From Gammaproteobacteria bacterium (lineage in GTDB: Bacteria > Pseudomonadota > Gammaproteobacteria > SZUA-229), in NCBI GenBank assembly GCA_030595185.1, contig JAUVDT010000001.1:491-64490 (forward strand): a stretch of DNA of 64,000 nt, in the 5' to 3' direction. This document shows positions 58,755 to 64,000 of the stretch, in pieces. The first letter of the stretch is position 1, and every line of letters begins with the position of its first letter. A program made the position numbers and the translations under genes. The notes beneath the pieces are model-generated. The model was not told the origin of the DNA. It made no database searches and saw only the letters and a list, made by a program, of their open reading frames with translations.

Positions 58755-59681
58755 TTAAGCACGTTGCATGACTTTCATCAAAGCAAAACGTAAATAACCG
58801 CCCACCTGATAAAAACCTAAGCCACCTATTATTAAGGAAGCTCCGATCCATATTCTTGCATCAGGCTGCTCTCCATTTAAATATTGGCCTAAAAATAATG
58901 CCATAACCGGTGTCATTAATGGAATTAATGCGATTTTACTGGCTTCAATATTCCTTAAAATATAAAAGTAAATTGTAAAGCCGATAACTGTTCCGATAAT
59001 GCTAAGGTAAAGTATAGATCCCCAGCCAAATATTGTAATGGTCTCAGGTATATGGCTATCGCTGATCCACCAGAATATTGTTAGAAAAAATACACTAACC
59101 CAGATGCCACCTGTTGTTAATGACATTATTGGTAGGTCTGATGCAAAACGTTTGAATACTACTGTCCCAAAACTGTGCCAAATAACAGCAGCCAGTACTG
59201 AAAATACTGCGATTAAGTGCTGGCTATTCTGGTTGCTTTCAGAATAAAAAATAATCATTAAACCGGCAAAAGCGATGGCTATGCCAAATGTTTTTTGAGG
59301 TGTAAATGATTTTTCTTTTAATATGATCGCAGCGAAGATGCCCGTTACTAAAGGCATTAAACCAAAGATCAAAGCAATAAGCCCCGATGAAATGGTTTGT
59401 GCTCCCCAGTAAATAAGTGTCATGCTAAGAAAAATATTAAAGCCACTCAAAAGGTACATTGATAACGCGCGTTTATGCCAAACCCAGTTCGAGTGTAATG
59501 CCGTAGCAATTATTTGGCAAAGTACGGCTGCAATAGTCATACGGGTAAGTATGGCAAATACGAAACCGGCATCAATTGCACTCCATTTTACTGCCAGAGG
59601 AGTGGTGGTCCAAATAATGATAATAGCGATATAAGCAATGGGTAGTGACATACTATTTCTCCTGAGTAAAAGTACTTCCAT
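58755..59681 (-). CDS. EamA-domain (DMT superfamily) transporter
   Basis: 10 TM helices in two EamA-like halves. Confidence 0.65.
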   Translation of the reverse strand: MEVLLLRRNSMSLPIAYIAIIIIWTTTPLAVKWSAIDAGFVFAILTRMTIAAVLCQIIATALHSNWVWHKRALSMYLLSGFNIFLSMTLIYWGAQTISSGLIALIFGLMPLVTGIFAAIILKEKSFTPQKTFGIAIAFAGLMIIFYSESNQNSQHLIAVFSVLAAVIWHSFGTVVFKRFASDLPIMSLTTGGIWVSVFFLTIFWWISDSHIPETITIFGWGSILYLSIIGTVIGFTIYFYILRNIEASKIALIPLMTPVMALFLGQYLNGEQPDARIWIGASLIIGGLGFYQVGGYLRFALMKVMQRA

Positions 59682-59692
59682 AAATTTAAAAG

Positions 59693-59730
59693 CAAAAAAA
59701 AGGCCGTAGATCTTTCGGTCTACGGCCTTT
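59693..59730 (-). terminator. Hairpin with a T-run on the minus strand (possible terminator for the gene ending at 60034)
   Basis: Minus strand reads aaaggccgtagacc-gaaa-gatctacggcc followed by ttttttttt. It lies 300 bp downstream of the stop, with the imperfect palindrome in between. Confidence 0.45.
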
Positions 59731-59924
59731 AGGAATTTGCTTTTAATTAATTAACTACATGAACTTTCCTATTGGCACGCAAACACGCATCTTGACCGCA
59801 AGGCAGCGGCAAATAATAGTGTTCAGGTGTTTTAGAAAAAATAAGTTCATGGCTTGAGTGTCAGGTTTATAAAACTAATTGTCAATACTTTTTTAAATAA
59901 ATAAAAGCTGTAGAAAAAATATTC

Positions 59925-60001
59925 ACCACAGAGGTCGCGGAGGTCGCAGAGAATACCTAATGTAATTTCTTTTCCTCTGCGTTCTCCGTGTCTCTGTGGT
60001 G
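59925..60001. repeat. Imperfect ~30-bp inverted repeat with an internal gaggtcgc duplication
   Basis: caccacagaggtcgcggaggtcgcagagaa ... ttcctctgcgttctccgtgtctctgtggtg. About 75% complementary. Confidence 0.5.
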
Positions 60002-60033
60002 AAAGTGTTTTGACTTTAAATAATATTTGAAAG

Positions 60034-61332
60034 CTATTCGTTTATAAGCTTATCGATAATATCCGTTGTTTTATTCGTATCCCATTCAATACTACCAAAT
60101 AATGAATATCGAATGTTGCCGGTTTTATCAATTAGATAACTGGTTGGGAAAGCAAAAACTCGCCAGCTTTTCAATGCGGTCCCATCGGAATCCATTAGAA
60201 TTGGAAAGTCGATGGCTACTCTGGTTTTTATGAATGATTGTATGCTTGCTTTTTCTTCGGCCATATTAACCCCAAGAATAACAAATTTATCTTTGTCGAA
60301 TTTATCCTGTAGTCTTTGCATCGATGGCATTTCATGTACGCATGGTGGACACCATGTCGCCCAAAAGTTTACCAGTACGACTTTATCTTTGAGATCTTTC
60401 AGGTTTATTCTTTTATTTTTGACGGTGTATAAATCTAAAATTGGTGGTATTGAATTGCCGGTGTGGGTTTTTAGTGACCTGTCCTTTTTTGAGCTGTTAG
60501 CTTTTGGTTTGTTGAGATTTCCTCGGCTAGCGTGTCTGGATTTCTTAGGGTAATTTGCCAGGGCAGAGAGTGCTTTTTTTATTATTGTAGGGAATTGAGT
60601 CGTTCTAGTATGCTCGTTTTCATCCGCATCGGGCCTGAAATAAAAGCGATCACGAACACCTTTAATGATTTGAAGATAAACATCGCTGCCTGCTTTCTCT
60701 AATGCAGGAATCGTTTTATCAAGCTTCCAAAACCACGGTGATTTATCTGGTTGTATAACAAACAATAATGCATTGCTATGACTAACAATAGGCATCAGCA
60801 GACCATCTTGACCGGGTGCAGGCGTTTCTGTGTAGAATTTAGGGCTAACTAATATAATACCTGTCAGCGCATTGCTCTTTGTATTATTAATTTGAGTATG
60901 TCTAACAGCCCTTAAAAGTGGGATGGCTGAGCGACCTGTAGTGATGGCAGTGATTTGTTTTCCGCTTTTGACTGAAGCGTGCTCAATGAATTGGCTGATG
61001 TCGGCTGCGGGTATTTTATCCATGCTGCTTAACGAAACAGGTAGAAAATAACTATCAAATAAGTCGATTAACCAGACCTCAATGCCTAGTTCGGCTAATT
61101 CTTTGGCCAGTTTCTTCTCAGAGTCTTGCGGGCCTGCTTCTGAATAGAACCAGAGTAGTAGCCGATTTCCATTGGAGGTACCATTAGCTCTATAGATGGA
61201 ATAGTTGATTTCAGTATCACTGAAAGTGGACGATTGTGTATTGGCTTGAGATGATAGTGGTGAGAATGAGGCTAAGGTAATAATACTCATGACAAGTAGT
61301 TTTTTAATGAGTTTTGAAGATAGGGGTGTCAT
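60034..61332 (-). CDS. Periplasmic fusion protein paralog: unknown N-domain plus TlpA-type thioredoxin
   Basis: Signal peptide. C-terminal VNFWATWCPPCVHEMPSMQRL. N-domain colinear with 38608-39861 (LLLWFYSEAG...IEVWLIDLFDSYF versus FLILWFAPEYG...IEVWQSDVIDSLF). Confidence 0.7.
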   Translation of the reverse strand: MTPLSSKLIKKLLVMSIITLASFSPLSSQANTQSSTFSDTEINYSIYRANGTSNGNRLLLWFYSEAGPQDSEKKLAKELAELGIEVWLIDLFDSYFLPVSLSSMDKIPAADISQFIEHASVKSGKQITAITTGRSAIPLLRAVRHTQINNTKSNALTGIILVSPKFYTETPAPGQDGLLMPIVSHSNALLFVIQPDKSPWFWKLDKTIPALEKAGSDVYLQIIKGVRDRFYFRPDADENEHTRTTQFPTIIKKALSALANYPKKSRHASRGNLNKPKANSSKKDRSLKTHTGNSIPPILDLYTVKNKRINLKDLKDKVVLVNFWATWCPPCVHEMPSMQRLQDKFDKDKFVILGVNMAEEKASIQSFIKTRVAIDFPILMDSDGTALKSWRVFAFPTSYLIDKTGNIRYSLFGSIEWDTNKTTDIIDKLINE

Positions 61333-61432
61333 TTATTTAGCTGGCCTTAAATGTAGTTGGATTATAGTTAACCACAATGATGATAAAATTTAAAATTCTT
61401 TATGGCAAATCAACCAGATATGACGTTAATTT

Positions 61433-63502
61433 ATGAAGTCTGAAAAGATATGTGATCTACATCGCTCTTTATTGCTTGTAACGGGTGAAGCTTCAAGAGT
61501 TACTGGCTTGATAAAGCACGCTATTAGCGATATTGGGCATGATTACTTGTTAGTCTCAAATAACCTTTCTGCTTACGACGGCTTGAACCTGGTGAGTTAT
61601 AAGCAAGCCAGTGGTCTTTTAGGTCAGGAAAAGAGCTTAGTTGTCTTTGATGTATGCGATGGCGTTCACCCTGATGCATTGGCAGCCGTTACCGGACTCA
61701 TTGTTGGTGGAGGCAGTCTCATACTATGTTTGCCATCTATTGAAGAGTGGGATTCTATTTTTGTTTCGGAGTTTTCTAAACGTTTTGTTGGCTTTCTACG
61801 CACGGCATCATTTGCAAAAATAATAGATGCCAATGATGAGGCTAATGATGAAGCTAGCGTAGAAATAATTAGAAATAGCGTAAAAGAAATTGAGAAAAGC
61901 ACAGCATTCGAATTAACACCGGATCAGAAAAGTGTTATTGAGCAGATAAGCTTGCTTGCAGACGCTGATCAAAAACAGGCTTTGGTTGTTGTGTCCGATA
62001 GAGGCAGAGGAAAATCTACTTCATTGGGTATTGTCGCGGCAAAGCTATTACAAACACGTAGTATAAAAATATTGATTACGGCTCCTCGGTTTAAGGCGTG
62101 TGAAGTTGCCTTTTCTGCATTGCAGAAAAATATTGAGGGCGTAGAAGTTAAACAAGCAGGTGTAAGGTATCAGGCATCTAGTTTTCAGTTTATGGCTCCT
62201 GATGAAATATTGCGCTCTGATATTGATGCTGACTTATTATTAATAGATGAGGCCGCATCTATTCCTGTGCCAATATTAAAACAATTGTTAAAACGCTTTG
62301 ATAAAACGGTATACGTTTCAACCGTACATGGTTATGAAGGGACTGGTCGAGGTTTTTCTGTACGCTTTACTAAAGAGCTTAATGAAAGTACTTATCAATG
62401 GCAGAAAATAGAAATGAAAATACCTGTTCGCTGGGGTGATAATGATCCTTTGGAAGCCTGGTTGTTTAAACTTCTGTGTCTTGATGCTGATGTTGCCGAT
62501 ATTAAAAATGAGGTTCAGCTTAAAGATTTAAAAGTAAGACAAATAAGTTGCAGTGACTTGGCAAACAATGAGCTACTTTTAAGACAAGTGTTTTCATTAT
62601 TGGTTCTTGCGCATTACAAAACGCGGCCATCTGATTTACAACGAATGTTAGATGATGAGGTAATTATCACGCTTGCTGAATTCGAAGATAGAGCTGTTGC
62701 TGTTTTATTAAGTGCAGATGAAGGCGGATTTGATCAGGATATTTCAACAGCCATTTATCAGGGGGTACGCCGACCTAAAGGCAACCTGTTAGCTCAAACA
62801 TTAACTTATCACTGTGGTGTGGAAAATGCGGCTTGTGCATTGTCTCATCGAATAATGCGCGTGGTGGTGCATCCACAATGTCAGCATCAAGGTATTGGTA
62901 GTTTATTATTGGAATCTCTGGCTAATAGTTTGAAAAAACAAGGGTTTGATATTCTAGGTGCCAGTTTTGGTTTGACTAAAGAGTTAGCTGCATTCTGGGA
63001 AAAAAATAAATTTAAAATCGTGAGAGTGGGTTTAAAGAAAGAACAGAGTAGCGGTGAGCATGCGGCAGTATATGTACAGTCATTTTCAGAAACTGGTCGC
63101 TTAATTGTAAATAAAGCACGGCAGCGATTTGAAAGCCACTTCCCTTTGTTGCGAACAACAATATTGCGTGAGATTGATACCGATTTTATAACAATGCCTT
63201 TATCGGAATTAACCGAGCAGCTTTCAGAAACAGAATGGCAAGATATAGAGTCATTTGTTAAATATTCGCGCTCCTATGAGCTGAGTGTGGGTGGTGTTAA
63301 TAAATGGGTGAAGTTAAATTTAACAGCTCTAAACGATGAAGATGATATATTTAAAAGCATATTGAAAAATGTTGTTTTCGAGAAAATGGACTGGAAAGAA
63401 ATAGCAAAAAATATGTCATTAGATGGCAAAAAACAAGCACAGGAATTATTTAAACAGGCTGTAGTTTATTTATGGGGAAAAATAAAAAAGACTAGTGAAT
63501 AA
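61433..63502 (+). CDS. tmcA: tRNA(Met) cytidine acetyltransferase TmcA
   Basis: Central ATPase Walker A VVSDRGRGKST. LIDEAASIP. C-terminal GNAT region (RVVVHPQCQHQGIGSLLL). Length 689 aa, as for TmcA/YpfI. Confidence 0.75.
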   Translation: MKSEKICDLHRSLLLVTGEASRVTGLIKHAISDIGHDYLLVSNNLSAYDGLNLVSYKQASGLLGQEKSLVVFDVCDGVHPDALAAVTGLIVGGGSLILCLPSIEEWDSIFVSEFSKRFVGFLRTASFAKIIDANDEANDEASVEIIRNSVKEIEKSTAFELTPDQKSVIEQISLLADADQKQALVVVSDRGRGKSTSLGIVAAKLLQTRSIKILITAPRFKACEVAFSALQKNIEGVEVKQAGVRYQASSFQFMAPDEILRSDIDADLLLIDEAASIPVPILKQLLKRFDKTVYVSTVHGYEGTGRGFSVRFTKELNESTYQWQKIEMKIPVRWGDNDPLEAWLFKLLCLDADVADIKNEVQLKDLKVRQISCSDLANNELLLRQVFSLLVLAHYKTRPSDLQRMLDDEVIITLAEFEDRAVAVLLSADEGGFDQDISTAIYQGVRRPKGNLLAQTLTYHCGVENAACALSHRIMRVVVHPQCQHQGIGSLLLESLANSLKKQGFDILGASFGLTKELAAFWEKNKFKIVRVGLKKEQSSGEHAAVYVQSFSETGRLIVNKARQRFESHFPLLRTTILREIDTDFITMPLSELTEQLSETEWQDIESFVKYSRSYELSVGGVNKWVKLNLTALNDEDDIFKSILKNVVFEKMDWKEIAKNMSLDGKKQAQELFKQAVVYLWGKIKKTSE

Positions 63503-63517
63503 AAGGATACAAAAAAA

Positions 63518-63683
63518 CATTGTTATTACCGCAAATAAACGCGAATGAACGCAAACTTAAAAAAACAAAAATGACGACACAAACTAGAAAAAACTAATGG
63601 ATAGCTAAAAAGCCCTATCAATACAGAAATAACATTCTACTAATACTAGGTTTTATTTGCGTTCATTCGCGTTTATTTGCGGT
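63518..63683. repeat. ~165-bp element bounded by perfect 31-bp inverted repeats
   Basis: attaccgcaaataaacgcgaatgaacgcaaa (63518-63548 region) and its exact reverse complement tttgcgttcattcgcgtttatttgcggtaat near 63650-63680. The A-rich ~100-bp interior sits between convergent tmcA and the GNAT gene. Confidence 0.7.
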
Positions 63684-63740
63684 AATTATTTGCCTTTTAC
63701 TCTGGTTGTTTTAGATTGGTTTATGATATTTAAACCTAAT

Positions 63741-64000
63741 TCAAGTAATCTTCATTATTAAAATATCTTTACCGCTTTCAATATATTGTTGATAAAGCAG
63801 CTTGATCTCATTATTAACATCATTCTCATCGACTAACTGAAAACCTGCTGTTCGATAGAAGCTCTCAAGGTATCGATGCGGAAAGCAATAACATTTTTTT
63901 TCATTTAAGTTGGCTTTGATTTGTTCAAGCATATAAAGCCCAATTCCTTGTCGTTGATGATCCTGGTCTACACACATACTTCGTAATAACCAACTGCCTT
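63741..64000 (-). CDS. GNAT-family N-acetyltransferase, C-terminal part (5' end beyond the window)
   Basis: The frame stays open to the window edge (...GSWLLRSMCVDQDHQRQGIGLYMLEQIKAN...). The Q/R-x-x-G-x-G/A acetyl-CoA motif QRQGIG is present. Confidence 0.6.
   Translation of the reverse strand, partial: GSWLLRSMCVDQDHQRQGIGLYMLEQIKANLNEKKCYCFPHRYLESFYRTAGFQLVDENDVNNEIKLLYQQYIESGKDILIMKIT

Noticed and set aside
1-64000. tRNA or rRNA genes, integron attC sites
   Set aside because: No cloverleaf-like GC-rich 75-90-nt segments or rRNA-like conserved blocks were recognised by eye in the intergenic regions. This cannot be excluded without tRNAscan or Infernal.

Overview
AT-rich (~37% GC) chromosomal window that looks like a marine gammaproteobacterium (Alteromonadales-like), based on sequence similarity of its core genes; it is not a plasmid or prophage. 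It is densely coding on both strands. No rRNA, tRNA or CRISPR array was seen by eye.

Recognisable core genes:
- phnA (3' part, truncated at the window start), ompR-envZ, mogA, tmcA, mtfA
- a FadL-family outer-membrane transporter and a Kef-type cation/proton antiporter with an RCK (TrkA-N) domain
- a Crp-family regulator
- five sensor kinases, three of them hybrid kinases with fused receiver domains, plus a LuxR-type response regulator

Accessory-looking content:
- A 4-gene envelope module: ABC ATPase, FtsX permease, LolA-like lipoprotein-sorting protein, outer-membrane beta-barrel.
- A lipid-tailoring cluster: DUF374 acyltransferase, cytochrome P450 translationally coupled to a fatty-acyl-AMP ligase with its own ACP domain (FAAL-ACP), and a secreted EEP-family hydrolase.
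- A recurring periplasmic thiol/sulfur-redox set: two possible DsrE-like proteins, two DUF2892 proteins, a DsbB/DsbA-like pair, a two-domain periplasmic rhodanese, a TauE/SafE exporter, DUF302, a DM13 lipoprotein, a class II cytochrome c, and two paralogous proteins fusing an unknown ~290-aa N-domain to a TlpA-type thioredoxin.

Signs of gene decay:
- a umuC remnant sitting right after a palindromic repeat copy
- lpxL split by a frameshift
- a DUF2237 gene broken at an A-run
- an N-terminally truncated PilZ fragment

Repeats: several families of palindromic REP/MITE-like elements recur in intergenic DNA. Two ~85-bp direct copies bracket a 2.6-kb segment that carries a hybrid histidine kinase. 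Elements with 18-31-bp terminal inverted repeats lie at 3987-4151, 33562-33789 and 63518-63683.

Other items:
- a secreted protein with a phage-tail-fibre-like HxHDxxYYTKxExD motif, preceded by 55-bp tandem repeats
- an orphan GTA-type 3-TM holin-like protein
- an LpxH-like metallophosphoesterase convergent with an HNH-nuclease-domain protein

All functional calls are from sequence motifs read by eye. No database search was run.
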